DNA of 32,000 nt. It comes from Candidatus Saccharimonadota bacterium (GTDB lineage Bacteria; Pseudomonadota; Gammaproteobacteria; Enterobacterales; Enterobacteriaceae). The notes under the pieces are model-generated. The model was not told the origin of the DNA. It saw nothing but the letters and a program-made list of their open reading frames with translations, and searched no databases. Location: assembly GCF_000185985.2 (NCBI RefSeq), contig NC_014909.2:420001-452000 (forward strand), read 5' to 3'. Positions 9,976 through 21,799 of this stretch are shown piece after piece; the stretch's first letter is position 1, and each line of letters opens with the position of its first letter. Both the position numbers and the translations under genes were made by a program.

Positions 9976-10072
9976 AATAATATGTTTAATACATCTCTAC
10001 TAATCTATAAAATAAAAATTTAATAAAACTTTTATAATAGTACCCTATTTTATTGTTTCTATTTAATCAAAG

Positions 10073-11398
10073 TTATTGCTGTGTATTACTAATTTTAAAA
10101 AATTGATTAAAAAAATCTGGAAAAGTCTTACAAATACATTGTGGATTATCAATAATTACAGATACACCGGATAAAGCAATTAAAGAAAAACACATTGCTA
10201 TACGATGATCATGATAAGTATTAATATAAGCTGATTGTATTTTTTGTGGAGCAAAAATGTATAAATAATCATACCCTTCTATTACTTTTGCTCCTACCTT
10301 TCTTAATTCAGTAGCCATTGCATATAATCGATCACTTTCTTTAACTCTCCAATTATAAATATTACGTAGTATCATAGGAATTTTTTTTTCTATCGTAAAT
10401 AATGCAATAATAGCAAGAGTCATTGCTGCATCAGGCATATGGTTTACATCAATATCAATAGAAGCATTGAGAGTAGTTCCACGGGTACATTCGATATAAT
10501 TATCTCCCCAGGAAACAAAAGCTCCCATCCTATTTAATATGTCAGAAAAATATACATCCCCCTGCTTACTATGTTTATCTATTCCTAATACCTTGACAGT
10601 ACCTCCTTTTATAGCCGATGCTGCTAAAAAATAAGAAGCACTAGAAGCATCCCCTTCAATGATATATTCCTTTGGAGATACATATAACCTATTCCCTTCA
10701 CAATAAAAAATTTTATAATCTTGATGTTGTATTGTAATACCAAAAATTTTCATAATTGATAAAGTCAAATCAATATATGGTTTAGACACTAATTTTCCAT
10801 CCACTTTAATACATGTATTTTCCGGAGCTAATGGAATCATCATTAATATAGAAGATAAAAATTGACTAGAAATATTTCCTTGAATAATTATTGTTCCTCC
10901 ACGATAACCTCCATTTAAACACACAGGAACATGATATTCTTTTTTCAAGTAATTTATTTGACTACCACCTTGTCTTAAGGCATGTATTAAATGATGAATA
11001 GGTCTTTCTTGCATTCTTACATCACCAGTTAACATAATATTTTGTGAAGTTACAATAGATAAAGCTGCAATTAAAGGTCTCACAACAGTGCCAGCATTTC
11101 CTAAAAATAAAGTTAATTGGGGATGAAGACTACTTTTATTTTGAAATTGCAATGGACCTCCTATTCCATCGATCTCACAAATTTTACGATCAGAAGACAA
11201 CTTATATTGTATTCCTAATTTATACAGTGCATTTAGCATGTATTGTACGTCATCACTATCGAGTAAATTAATTAACCGAGTAGTTCCAACAGATTGAGCT
11301 GCTAATAATAATGCTCGATTTGATATACTTTTCGATCCAGGAAGAGATACAGTCCCATTGACTTTATATATAGGATCCAATTTAATAAAATTATTCAT
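10073..11398 (-). CDS. aroA: 3-phosphoshikimate 1-carboxyvinyltransferase (EPSP synthase)
   Basis: [31 protein letters not shown] and the C-terminal [13 protein letters not shown] are canonical AroA motifs. The serC-aroA arrangement matches E. coli. Confidence 0.97.
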   Translation of the reverse strand: MNNFIKLDPIYKVNGTVSLPGSKSISNRALLLAAQSVGTTRLINLLDSDDVQYMLNALYKLGIQYKLSSDRKICEIDGIGGPLQFQNKSSLHPQLTLFLGNAGTVVRPLIAALSIVTSQNIMLTGDVRMQERPIHHLIHALRQGGSQINYLKKEYHVPVCLNGGYRGGTIIIQGNISSQFLSSILMMIPLAPENTCIKVDGKLVSKPYIDLTLSIMKIFGITIQHQDYKIFYCEGNRLYVSPKEYIIEGDASSASYFLAASAIKGGTVKVLGIDKHSKQGDVYFSDILNRMGAFVSWGDNYIECTRGTTLNASIDIDVNHMPDAAMTLAIIALFTIEKKIPMILRNIYNWRVKESDRLYAMATELRKVGAKVIEGYDYLYIFAPQKIQSAYINTYHDHRIAMCFSLIALSGVSVIIDNPQCICKTFPDFFNQFFKISNTQQ

Positions 11399-11508
11399 CT
11401 ATATTAACTCTGTTTAACAAATTAAACCACCTATGATTATGAAAGTAATTCTATAAAATAATTTATATAATTTTTTGCATATGTATAATACAAACTATAT
11501 TTTCTATT

Positions 11509-12612
11509 TCAACTACATTGTCTTGAAAAAAAATTCATAAACTTAATTAAATTAAGTACTCCTTCTAAAGTCATAGCATTATATATAGATGCTCTAATTC
11601 CTCCATGAATTTTATGTCCTTTTAATCCATATAATCCAAAAAATTTAGATTCTTCTAAAAACAAATAAGTCAATTTTTCCCTCTTTAAAAAAAAAGGAAC
11701 ATTCATTATAGAGCGATATTTATAGTTAATATTATTATAATAACAATCACTATCATCTATAGCTTTATATAATAAAGCTGATTTCTTTTTATTAAATTCA
11801 TTAATTTTACTTAATCCTCCTAATTTTTTTAGCCATTCTAAAACTAAGTTAGCAATATACCAAGATATAGTAACTGGGGTATTAAACATAGAATTATTAC
11901 TTAAAAGAATTTCATAATCTAAAATAGCTGGTATTTTTTTATAATTAGATACGGTATTAAAAATTAAATCGTTTCGAATGATAACTACTGTTAAACCAGG
12001 TACACCAATATTTTTCTGAGCTGATGCGTAAATAATGCCAAAACGATTAATATCTATAGGTTGAGATAACAACATTGAAGAACAATCAGCAATTAAAATT
12101 TTTGTTTCAGAAAAAATTGGAATATCATTAATAGATATGCCAGAAATTGTCTCATTAGGACAATAATGAATATAAAGACTATCTTTAGAAATGTTCCATT
12201 CATTAATGGGTTTTATAAAATAAAACCCATTAATATCTTTATCAAGAACATTGACAATATTGACATTACAAAATTTTTGAGCTTCTATTGCGGCTCTATA
12301 TCCCCAATATCCAGTATTTATATAATCAATATTACCTGTAGGTTTCTTTAATAAATTCATAGGAATTGCTGAAAATTGAGCACGTGCCCCTCCTTGACAA
12401 AAAAGAATAGTATAATTACTGGGCACATCTAAAAGAATTCTTAAATTTCTTTGTGTCTTTTGGGCCAACTCTTCAAATTCAGAACTACGGTGACTAATTT
12501 CCATAACAGATATGCCAAGATTATTCCAATTTAATAATTCTTCTTTTATTTGGTTTAAAACCGATTCTGGCAACATTGATGGACCAGCACTAAAATTAAA
12601 TTTTTTTTTCAT
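11509..12612 (-). CDS. serC: Phosphoserine aminotransferase
   Basis: [15 protein letters not shown]...[10 protein letters not shown] matches the E. coli SerC N-terminus (FNFSSGPAMLPAEVL..MEVSHRGKEF). The ORF-track start at 12642 is TTG and adds 10 non-conserved residues. I place the start at the ATG at comp(12610..12612) ([11 protein letters not shown]). Confidence 0.94.
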   Translation of the reverse strand: MKKKFNFSAGPSMLPESVLNQIKEELLNWNNLGISVMEISHRSSEFEELAQKTQRNLRILLDVPSNYTILFCQGGARAQFSAIPMNLLKKPTGNIDYINTGYWGYRAAIEAQKFCNVNIVNVLDKDINGFYFIKPINEWNISKDSLYIHYCPNETISGISINDIPIFSETKILIADCSSMLLSQPIDINRFGIIYASAQKNIGVPGLTVVIIRNDLIFNTVSNYKKIPAILDYEILLSNNSMFNTPVTISWYIANLVLEWLKKLGGLSKINEFNKKKSALLYKAIDDSDCYYNNINYKYRSIMNVPFFLKREKLTYLFLEESKFFGLYGLKGHKIHGGIRASIYNAMTLEGVLNLIKFMNFFSRQCS

Positions 12613-12783
12613 ATAACTTTTGTGTTCAAATAATGTTAACAATCAATTATATCAATTAATACAATACAATAACAATATACGAAAAATTATCTCATGCAAT
12701 TACCAGTAAACCAACTAAAAACACATGCATTAATTTCTAACTATTTAATTCATAAAATTCTCATACACCATTCAGTATAAATA

Positions 12784-14112
12784 TTAATAATGAATATGAG
12801 TAATGCCATGCATATATGAATGTAATACCTTAGGTATTTTAATGCATCTATCTTTTTGTAATTGACAATTCTCTAGAATTGCTACTAATGTTCTACCTAC
12901 AGCCAATCCAGATGCATTTAATGTATGTAATAACATTGTTTTTTTATAAATTTTATTTCTAAAACGAGCTTTTATACGGCGTGCTTGAAAATCTTTTACA
13001 TTTGAACAAGAAGCGATTTCACAATAAGAATTATGAGTAGGTAACCAAACTTCTAAGTCATACGTTTTACATGAAGAAAAACTAATATTTCCTGCACATA
13101 ATAACGTTTTTCTATACGGTAATTCAAGTAATTGTAATACTTGTTCTGAATGATTAGTTATTTCTTCTAATGCCTGAGTAGATTTATTTGGATGAACCAT
13201 TTGCACTAATTCAACCTTATCAAATTGATGAGTTCGAATTAATCCATGTGTACGATAACCGTATGTGCCGGCTTCCAATCGAAAACATGGAGTATGAGCC
13301 ACCATTTTAATAGGTAATTCATCTTCATTAACAATGATGTCTCTCATTAAATTAATCAACGGTACTTCTCCTGTCGGTATTAATGTATATGATTTATTTT
13401 TGATTTTACTACAATTGATATCAACGATAGACTGAGTATGAAACAAATCTTTATAAAATTTAGGCAATTGACCTGCTCCATATAACGAATCTGTATTTAC
13501 TAAATAAGGTACATAATATTCTTGATATCCGTGATTTTTAATATGTGTATCCATCATAAATTGAGATAATGCCCTATATAAACGGGCTATTTTTCCTTTT
13601 AACACAATAAAACGACTGCCAGCAATTTTTGATGCACTCGATAAATCTATTTCCCCTATTAATTTACCTAATGTTACATGATCAATTGGCTTAAAATCAT
13701 CGTATCTATTTAAATTCCCCCAACGCATAATCTCCACATTATCCTGCTCTGTAGTGCCATTAGGAATATTATCATCAGGGATATTAGGTAAGGATAATTG
13801 ATATTGTTTTATTTTTTTTTGCAAAACCTTAATTTTGAATTTAATTGAGGTTAGCTGATCATTCAATAAATTAGCTTGTTTACACAAAGATTGAATATCT
13901 TCCTGTTGAGATTTAATTTTCCCAATAATTTTAGAAATAGATTTTTTATCAGATTGTATTTTTTCTATTTTTTTTTGCAAAACCTTACGTAAATTATTTT
14001 GTTGTCTTAATTCACTTGTATTTAATAAAAATTGCTTACGAGCTAATCTTTTATAAACCCAATCTGTATTATTATATAATAGTTTAGGATCTAACATATA
14101 TAAAAATCCCAT
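12784..14112 (-). CDS. serS: Seryl-tRNA synthetase
   Basis: Class II aaRS with an N-terminal coiled-coil arm. HTPCFRLEAGTYG, GLIRTHQFDKVE and LNASGLAVGRTLVAILEN are collinear with E. coli SerRS. The conserved N-terminus MLDPKLL begins at the second ATG (14097), which may be the true start. Confidence 0.96.
   Translation of the reverse strand: MGFLYMLDPKLLYNNTDWVYKRLARKQFLLNTSELRQQNNLRKVLQKKIEKIQSDKKSISKIIGKIKSQQEDIQSLCKQANLLNDQLTSIKFKIKVLQKKIKQYQLSLPNIPDDNIPNGTTEQDNVEIMRWGNLNRYDDFKPIDHVTLGKLIGEIDLSSASKIAGSRFIVLKGKIARLYRALSQFMMDTHIKNHGYQEYYVPYLVNTDSLYGAGQLPKFYKDLFHTQSIVDINCSKIKNKSYTLIPTGEVPLINLMRDIIVNEDELPIKMVAHTPCFRLEAGTYGYRTHGLIRTHQFDKVELVQMVHPNKSTQALEEITNHSEQVLQLLELPYRKTLLCAGNISFSSCKTYDLEVWLPTHNSYCEIASCSNVKDFQARRIKARFRNKIYKKTMLLHTLNASGLAVGRTLVAILENCQLQKDRCIKIPKVLHSYMHGITHIHY
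13810..13987 (-). repeat. Two perfect in-frame copies of a 22-nt sequence inside the serS coiled-coil arm (13810-13831 and 13966-13987; + strand TATTTTTTTTTGCAAAACCTTA)
   Basis: Read directly from the sequence. The copies are 156 nt (52 codons) apart. Each encodes KVLQKKI, giving protein ..LRKVLQKKIEK.. and ..KIKVLQKKIKQ... Confidence 0.8.
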
Positions 14113-14692
14113 CTTTTATGTTATATAAAAATTATCTATATAAACATCATGTGATTATTATTGATAATAATCATAATATCTTGTACTAAAAATTAAAAAT
14201 TTTCTTACATATTCGAATACTATTGATAATTATCAATCACAAATCTCAGTTTAAACCAACGTCTACTTCATTGGTATTCTACAAATAATAATGCATATAA
14301 GAATATATGCCTAAAATTTTGTCATTATTAAATTTAAATTAAACATACTATACAAAAACTCCCTAAAAATACAATCACTATTAATCATAGCTAACTCTAG
14401 CAACTATTAAATAACCAACTGTATACTGCGTAATTATATTGCGTAACATCAAATTCATATTTGAAATATTTACTCATATAATGAATATATATCCTAACAT
14501 ATTTAATCAAAAATAAAAAATCACATAAAAACTAAATACAGTCAAATTTAATTTCACAATATCTAGAACAATATGCCTTTCTGGATATTGCATAATATCA
14601 TGATTATTCTCTAAATAAATTAATTCAATATAATACTTCCCCTATGGTACATATTAAACATTATTGAAAATTCATTAATTCAAAAAATATTT

Positions 14693-15385
14693 TTATCTTC
14701 TTTGATCATCTAATTGCATATCTTTAGAAATAAAAAAATTAAATTTATCTTTATCAATAAAATTAACGCACTGATTGGATAAATAATAATTAACACGTTG
14801 TCCATTTTCTTCCTCAACATTAATCTGATTAATGACTCCATCTTTATTAATTTGTATTGCACACTCTTTTATATGAAGAGAATTATCATGCATTGATTTT
14901 AAATAAAACCAATCTTCTTTCTGAAGAATAATATAATTTTGATATACAAATAAATTAGAACTGAATAGTAACTCTAAAAAAATATTTCCAGCAATTTGAT
15001 TTTTTAAACAATATGCTACAACTTGTTTAAGTTTTGGCACATAAAACCAAACTGTCTGACCATCAGAGACCAAAACAAACTCCTCTGGATCAGTGAAATG
15101 CCAACGAAAAAGATTAGGTCGTTTTACCCATAATTCACCTCGAGCTATTTCTATATTTTCTTCATAATCAAAAAAATAAACTTTTTGAATAAAATTAACA
15201 TAAAATTTATTTACTAAATTTAATCTATTTTGTAAAACAGAAGACGATGAAATAACTTGAGTTTGTATTGACTGTAACATGAACATGCTAAAACAAATAT
15301 GTACTATTAACTTCCCTATACCATGGAATTTATTTGTCACCATGCCCCATACATATCTAAAATAAAAATCACTAAACATAATCAC
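14693..15385 (-). CDS. lolA: Outer-membrane lipoprotein carrier protein LolA
   Basis: [35 protein letters not shown] compares with E. coli [35 protein letters not shown]. The start at 15385 is GTG. ATG alternatives lie at 15379 and 15343 (MVTNKF...), and the latter gives a more conventional signal peptide. Confidence 0.9.
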   Translation of the reverse strand: [230 protein letters not shown]

Positions 15386-15391
15386 AATAAA

Positions 15392-17806
15392 TTAATAGTG
15401 CTTCTGAGTTGTCCAAAATTTAACTACTGAACATATTTCTTCATCTTGTACACATGCGCCATGTATTCTAACAAGCATAGAAGAATTAGCGGGTAAGTAT
15501 AACATATCTCCTTTTCCCAATAAAGACTCAGCTCCAGATTGCCCAAGAATAGTACGAGAATCTATTTTACTAGATACGGTAAACGCTATACGAGCTGGAA
15601 TATTTGCTTTAATCAATCCAGTTATGACATTTACTGATGGTCTTTGTGTAGACAAAATCAAATGGATACCAGCTGCACGTGCTTTTTGAGTTAATCTAGT
15701 AATTAATACTTCTATTTTTTTATCAGTTAAAATCATCAAATCAGATAATTCATCTATAATAATGACAATATAAGGCAATTTTTTAGTTATCTCAAAACAA
15801 AATACATTATTCTCAATAGTATCTTGAGTAAAAATAGACTGTTCTACTTGATTATTGTAATTTTCTAAATTACGTACGTTTAATATAGACATCAATTTAT
15901 ATCGACGTTCCATTTCTATAATACATAATTGTAATATAGACTCAACATCGTTCACATCAGTAATTACTTTTTTTAAAAGATGAGGAATATTTGAATATAC
16001 TGATAATTCTAGAATTTTAGGATCAATCATAATAAAACGTACCTCTTCTGGAGTAGATTTATACAGCATACTAATAATCATGGAATTAATTCCCATAGAT
16101 TTTCCAGAACCAGTAGTACCTGAAACTAACAAATGAGGCATATTCCTCAAATCAGCAATCACAGGTATACCACAAATATCCTTACCTAGTGCTAATGCTA
16201 ATGGAGAATTCATATTCCGAAAGTTCTCTGAACTAATTATTTCTTCTAAAAATACTATATCTCGATTTTTATTAGGAATTTCTAAACCAATATAAGGTGT
16301 TTCAGGAATTACCTCGATTACTCGAACAGCTCTAACAGATAAAGAACGAGCCAAATCTAATGATAAACCAGAAATTTTAGATGATTTTATTCCAGCAGAT
16401 AAATTTAATGCAAATAAAGTAACTACTGGACCTGAAGTAATTTGCATCACCTTAGCTTTAATACGATACTCTAATAATTTACTTTCTATTAATTCAGCAT
16501 CTTGTTCAAATTTAAAACTGTTTATCGATTTTTTTTTAACATTTGATATTAAAAGATTTTTGTTAGGTAAACCTAAGTTGATAGTATCATTATATTTCTT
16601 TTTAGGCACAATAATGGAATGATAATGGTTCATGTTATTTTGAGGTAATGTTTTTTTTTGTAAATTTGACTTGATAAATTTTGTTTTATCTCGATTTTTA
16701 CGATTATGAAAAATACTATCAGACTTATGATTCATAAATTTGAATAAAGTATGATTGCGATTTACATTATTATTAAAAAGCATAAACATATTTTTAGAAA
16801 AAATTTTTTTTGAATAGCAATTAGATTTTTCATCAACATTTTTATTACTATAATTAATACGATCGAGTGTATTTATAAATTTAATACGATTGCTACAATA
16901 ATATTGATTATTACCATCAACATTTAATTTAAATTGATCTGATTTAGGTATATTAATATGTTGTTGTTGATCTCTATTATTTAACCAATTCCATTCTACA
17001 CACCCAAAGTTCATTGCTGAAGGTAATGATGAAATAATATTATTACAGATTGGAGAGTTAGTAAAACTAACAAACTGAGTACTTTTATCACAATTCTTGA
17101 TTAAAAGTTTACTTATTTTACTCTGTCGATTAAAAAATTTTTTATACACAACATATTTTTTTTTAAAATAAATAGATGACATTATACTAGAACAACAAAA
17201 AACTTTCTGAACATAATAATTTAGTTTACTAATACTTGTTAGTGACTTACCAAAAATAATATGCAAAATATATATTATTTTTTTATATATTTTTGCTATT
17301 AAATTTAAAAAATTTTGATTAAAAAAATACATACAACCGATAATACTAATTGAAATTAAATTCATGATAATATAGTATAAAAAATATTGGGGAACTTTAA
17401 TGATATTAAGTAATATACTACCTATAATTCCTCCAGGAGCAAAATAAAAAATATCATTCATAATTGATTGAGCACATACACAACATATGAGTAAAAATAT
17501 AAATATTGCTATTAATTCTAAAAAAAAGATAAAAACAGGTCTGTTATTTTTATTTAAAAAAAATTTCCACAAGTAGAATAATATAAATAATGGCATAATA
17601 TAAGCTACTACCCCAAATGAAAAAAATAAAAAATCAGCAATTCTAGCACCTACCTTACCTCCTATGTTACTACACATTAATTCATTGTAACCGATGTGTT
17701 GCATCCATCCAGGGTCTGCTGGATCAAAACTAAATAATATCATTACTATATATACAAATATAAAACCGAGTATAATAATACGTATCAATATCAAGTTTAT
17801 CTCCAA
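15392..17806 (-). CDS. ftsK: DNA translocase FtsK: N-terminal membrane domain, Asn/Lys-rich linker and alpha/beta motor; no gamma domain
   Basis: N-terminal [10 protein letters not shown] matches E. coli LSFNPSDPSW. Multiple TM helices are present. The motor has Walker [19 protein letters not shown] and LILSTQRPS. The protein ends ..[26 protein letters not shown], corresponding to E. coli ..[28 protein letters not shown]. The ORF-track start at 17806 is TTG, and there is no upstream in-frame ATG. Confidence 0.93.
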   Translation of the reverse strand: MEINLILIRIIILGFIFVYIVMILFSFDPADPGWMQHIGYNELMCSNIGGKVGARIADFLFFSFGVVAYIMPLFILFYLWKFFLNKNNRPVFIFFLELIAIFIFLLICCVCAQSIMNDIFYFAPGGIIGSILLNIIKVPQYFLYYIIMNLISISIIGCMYFFNQNFLNLIAKIYKKIIYILHIIFGKSLTSISKLNYYVQKVFCCSSIMSSIYFKKKYVVYKKFFNRQSKISKLLIKNCDKSTQFVSFTNSPICNNIISSLPSAMNFGCVEWNWLNNRDQQQHINIPKSDQFKLNVDGNNQYYCSNRIKFINTLDRINYSNKNVDEKSNCYSKKIFSKNMFMLFNNNVNRNHTLFKFMNHKSDSIFHNRKNRDKTKFIKSNLQKKTLPQNNMNHYHSIIVPKKKYNDTINLGLPNKNLLISNVKKKSINSFKFEQDAELIESKLLEYRIKAKVMQITSGPVVTLFALNLSAGIKSSKISGLSLDLARSLSVRAVRVIEVIPETPYIGLEIPNKNRDIVFLEEIISSENFRNMNSPLALALGKDICGIPVIADLRNMPHLLVSGTTGSGKSMGINSMIISMLYKSTPEEVRFIMIDPKILELSVYSNIPHLLKKVITDVNDVESILQLCIIEMERRYKLMSILNVRNLENYNNQVEQSIFTQDTIENNVFCFEITKKLPYIVIIIDELSDLMILTDKKIEVLITRLTQKARAAGIHLILSTQRPSVNVITGLIKANIPARIAFTVSSKIDSRTILGQSGAESLLGKGDMLYLPANSSMLVRIHGACVQDEEICSVVKFWTTQKHY

Positions 17807-18156
17807 AAATTATTTTTAATTAAATTGATATATTAATATCCAAATAAAAATTAATAAGCATTTTAACAAACTCTATACTACATTCATACATACGATCTTA
17901 TAAAAATAAGAACATTATTATATCAATTCTTATTGTAAAATTACAAAATCTATGCTTTAAGCTCTAAGCAACTTATTATTGCAATATCAAATTTGGTTCA
18001 ATCACAATAAATTATATATATAAACAATATTAAACAATATTTTTTTTATTAATGCTCATAAATTATTGATGCAATATACTGCCTATGCCATCAAATAAAA
18101 CATAAATATATTTATGTACTATTACTATAAAAAATTATAAAATTTTAATTATATAA

Positions 18157-19161
<1,005 letters not shown>

Positions 19162-19299
19162 AACAATTACCACTATATTAGCAATTATAACTATATGTTA
19201 TAATATAACACATAATATAATAAAAATTAAATTATTAAATAATAATCATGATGAGACCCGATATAAAGTTACTCTACGTCTTATAATAAGAGATGTCAT

Positions 19300-19518
19300 A
19301 TGATAAAAGAAGAAAATATTGAAATGAACGGTATAGTATTAGACACTTTGCCTAATACTATGTTCAGAGTGCGTTTAGAAAACGGACATATAATTATGGC
19401 GCATATTTCCGGAAAAATTAGAAAAAATTACATTAGAATTTTAACAGGAGATAAAGTCACTGTAGAACTAACCCCATATGATTTGAGCAAGGGACGAATT
19501 ATTTTTCGAAGCAGATAA
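19300..19518 (+). CDS. infA: Translation initiation factor IF-1
   Basis: The 72-aa product is nearly identical in pattern to E. coli IF-1 (..[56 protein letters not shown]). Confidence 0.98.
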   Translation: MIKEENIEMNGIVLDTLPNTMFRVRLENGHIIMAHISGKIRKNYIRILTGDKVTVELTPYDLSKGRIIFRSR

Positions 19519-19532
19519 AATAAATATAATAC

Positions 19533-19571
19533 TTCACAATAAGAGATATAGCTGCAGCAAGTTATTGTGAA
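19533..19571. terminator. Candidate bidirectional intrinsic terminator between convergent infA and the TonB-dependent receptor gene
   Basis: Perfect 10-bp inverted repeat: TTCACAATAA (19533-19542) and TTATTGTGAA (19562-19571). The 19-nt loop itself contains the palindrome GCTGCAGC. A/T-rich runs flank both sides. Confidence 0.5.
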
Positions 19572-19595
19572 ATTGTTATATTTTAACTTTATTGC

Positions 19596-21788
19596 TTATA
19601 ATATAATTTCTGCTTTAATCCACCATGTTCGACCTGATTCATAAATAAGTTTTTTTGAGTTATATTGAGTTACATCATAATTATTTAAAAAATTATTTAC
19701 ATGTTCTCTATAAGTTTTATTCAAAATATTATCAATACCAACAGTATATGTATAATAATTAGGAATTCTCCATGCTAAATATGCGGATATTACCCCAAAA
19801 CCTGGCGTATGCAATATATCTTGTGTATATTTTTTAAATAAAAAATTATAGGAACAAAAAGTAGATAAAAACTTTTCTATATATTGCGATGATGAGACCA
19901 ATCTCCATAATATTCCTAAATTATAATTTTGTTTTTTAAATTGACATGTAAATTTCCCTTCTAAAGGAGGGATAGTAGGTAATATACATTGATTATCCTT
20001 ATTTATACCCCAAGCCCATGATATATTACTTTTACCAAGCCAATAATCATTTAATTTATAACTTACACCCATTTCAGTCCCACATATATTAGCATTCGAA
20101 TTCTTCATACAATCAACAATATTGTCCTGTATCAAATTACTATCAACATTATTGTTATATTTATAACAAATAAAATCTTTTATATACCCTATATAAGACG
20201 TTATCCATCCATCTATTTTTGTTTTTTTTAAATGAGCCCCCATATCTATCTGAATAGTTTTTTCAGGCTTTAATTGAAAAATTAGATTCTTACTTTTTAT
20301 ATTGTCATTAAACCTATTTAATATCAATTCCCAATAATCAGGCAAACGTTGACATACACCTACTCCAAGATAATATAAAAATTCCGGATAAATAACACCT
20401 TCATATCTCATAAACCCAGCTGGATATGTCACATCTCTATAATACACAGCATAACAATCATCGTGTATATCAACAACACTATGTTCTATTCTAATTCCTC
20501 CGATAATTTTTTTATTTGGTAACATATTAAAAATAAATTCATTAAATATTCCTGAATCTAAAGAATAATTATGTATTTTAGAATCACACATCAATTGAGT
20601 ATTTTTTCTATATTGATTAATTTGAATATCAATGCCGCTATAAAACTGAAAATTTTCCCATTGACATGTAATAAAGCCTCGAGACCCCCATAAAGACCGT
20701 TCTACATCATTAACATTAGTTTTACATTGAGTAGAACAACAATAATATTGTTTTGGAATCAATGTCGATGATAAATTTTTAACAAAAGATACCGTAGAAT
20801 CAATCATGATATGATGTATATGATGATACCAGGATTGAATTTCAATTGAATTTAAAACATCATTAATACCTGGGGTTTCTATTCTAAATCCATAACTTTC
20901 TCTAGCAAAACATAATCCATCCATACCTGTAACTGCATAATTTACTCTAGAATTCCCTTGACCTAAATTAATATCTATAAATGTATTAGATCTAAAATTA
21001 AATGATAAAATAGCATCTGCACTCCACTTGTACCACGCAGAATGCACTGGGTGATTATTGCCATCATAATAATTTCCAGAGTAATTACAATTACCTATCA
21101 ATCTAATATAGCCATATTTGTTACCTAATATACTGTCTATATTTCTATATATGCTATCATTCGATCCAACAATCATACTACTACAAGTTTTGATTTGTGG
21201 TGAATTAAAATGGGGATGATAACGCCGAAATTGTAAAATACCTCCTGAAGTTACTGGCCCCCATAACACCGTTTGAGGACCTTTAATTATATTTAAAATA
21301 TCAAAAGTCTCCGGAATAATATAAGCGGTAGCAGGATCCATGCCAGAACAACAAGCTCCAATTATTTCACCAGAATCCGCTAAAATACGTATTTTGGAAC
21401 TAGTTATTCCTCTTAATACAAAATTATTATTAGTCCCCCCATTACGAATCATAGAAAATCCTGGTATATTTTTCAAATAATCAACAGAATCAGTAATAAA
21501 TGAATAATGTTGTAATGATTTTATAGAATCAGACACAGAAATCAATGAAGTATTTACTTCAGCAATGATAGTAACAACTTTGTTATTTTTACTATCTTTA
21601 AATAACGGAGGAAATTTTTTACAAGTAAGCGTTGAAGACGTTTTATGTTGCAATGAACCAGATGATAAATAATCATCATTGGCGTAAATGTTATTAGTTA
21701 TGCATAAAATGCATATACATGTCGCTATATATAAAACAAAATAAATTACGCTTTTTAAAAAATCATTAGATACATATTTCAGTATCAC
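19596..21788 (-). CDS. TonB-dependent outer-membrane receptor, OprC/NosA-like (putative copper receptor)
   Basis: Signal peptide (..CITNNIYA), TonB-box-like KVVTIIAE, and plug domain (NIPGFSMIRNGG..FVLRGI.., IIKGPQTVLWGPVTSGGILQF). A long beta-barrel with an aromatic-rich C-terminus (GRTWWIKAEIIL) follows. The plug carries C146-C-S-G-M150 (comp 21339..21353, TGT TGT TCT GGC ATG). The barrel carries YHHIHH-I-M (H326-I-M328, comp 20805..20813). This is the CxxxM...HxM pattern reported for Pseudomonas OprC. GTG start preceded by a strong SD. Confidence 0.85.
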   Translation of the reverse strand: MILKYVSNDFLKSVIYFVLYIATCICILCITNNIYANDDYLSSGSLQHKTSSTLTCKKFPPLFKDSKNNKVVTIIAEVNTSLISVSDSIKSLQHYSFITDSVDYLKNIPGFSMIRNGGTNNNFVLRGITSSKIRILADSGEIIGACCSGMDPATAYIIPETFDILNIIKGPQTVLWGPVTSGGILQFRRYHPHFNSPQIKTCSSMIVGSNDSIYRNIDSILGNKYGYIRLIGNCNYSGNYYDGNNHPVHSAWYKWSADAILSFNFRSNTFIDINLGQGNSRVNYAVTGMDGLCFARESYGFRIETPGINDVLNSIEIQSWYHHIHHIMIDSTVSFVKNLSSTLIPKQYYCCSTQCKTNVNDVERSLWGSRGFITCQWENFQFYSGIDIQINQYRKNTQLMCDSKIHNYSLDSGIFNEFIFNMLPNKKIIGGIRIEHSVVDIHDDCYAVYYRDVTYPAGFMRYEGVIYPEFLYYLGVGVCQRLPDYWELILNRFNDNIKSKNLIFQLKPEKTIQIDMGAHLKKTKIDGWITSYIGYIKDFICYKYNNNVDSNLIQDNIVDCMKNSNANICGTEMGVSYKLNDYWLGKSNISWAWGINKDNQCILPTIPPLEGKFTCQFKKQNYNLGILWRLVSSSQYIEKFLSTFCSYNFLFKKYTQDILHTPGFGVISAYLAWRIPNYYTYTVGIDNILNKTYREHVNNFLNNYDVTQYNSKKLIYESGRTWWIKAEIIL

Positions 21789-21792
21789 TATA

Positions 21793-21799
21793 TCCTCTT
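21793..21799 (-). promoter_or_regulatory. Shine-Dalgarno sequence (AAGAGGA) for the TonB-dependent receptor gene
   Basis: The mRNA sense reads AAGAGGA-TATA-GTG. This is an unusually strong purine-rich SD for this AT-rich window and supports the GTG at 21788 as the start. Confidence 0.5.

Noticed and set aside
14222-14237. Perfect 16-bp palindrome ATTGATAATTATCAAT, plus a nearby Fur-like ATTATTGATAATAATCATA around 14155-14175, upstream of serS.
   Set aside because: Perfect 8+8 palindromes made of A/T are expected many times per 32 kb at about 77% AT. There is no biological rationale for Fur control of serS. The spacing does not fit the 7-1-7 Fur model.
16300-17200. Asn/Lys-rich low-complexity region in the middle of FtsK, considered as a possible novel inserted domain.
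   Set aside because: It occupies the position of the naturally variable, disordered FtsK linker. Its composition simply mirrors the genome's AT bias, and I recognised no repeats or motifs in it.
18066-18094. Short inverted repeat TTGATG...CATCAA in the ftsK-trxB divergent region, considered as an operator or terminator.
   Set aside because: It is only 6 bp and unremarkable at this composition. No supporting -10/-35 context can be distinguished from the AT-rich background.
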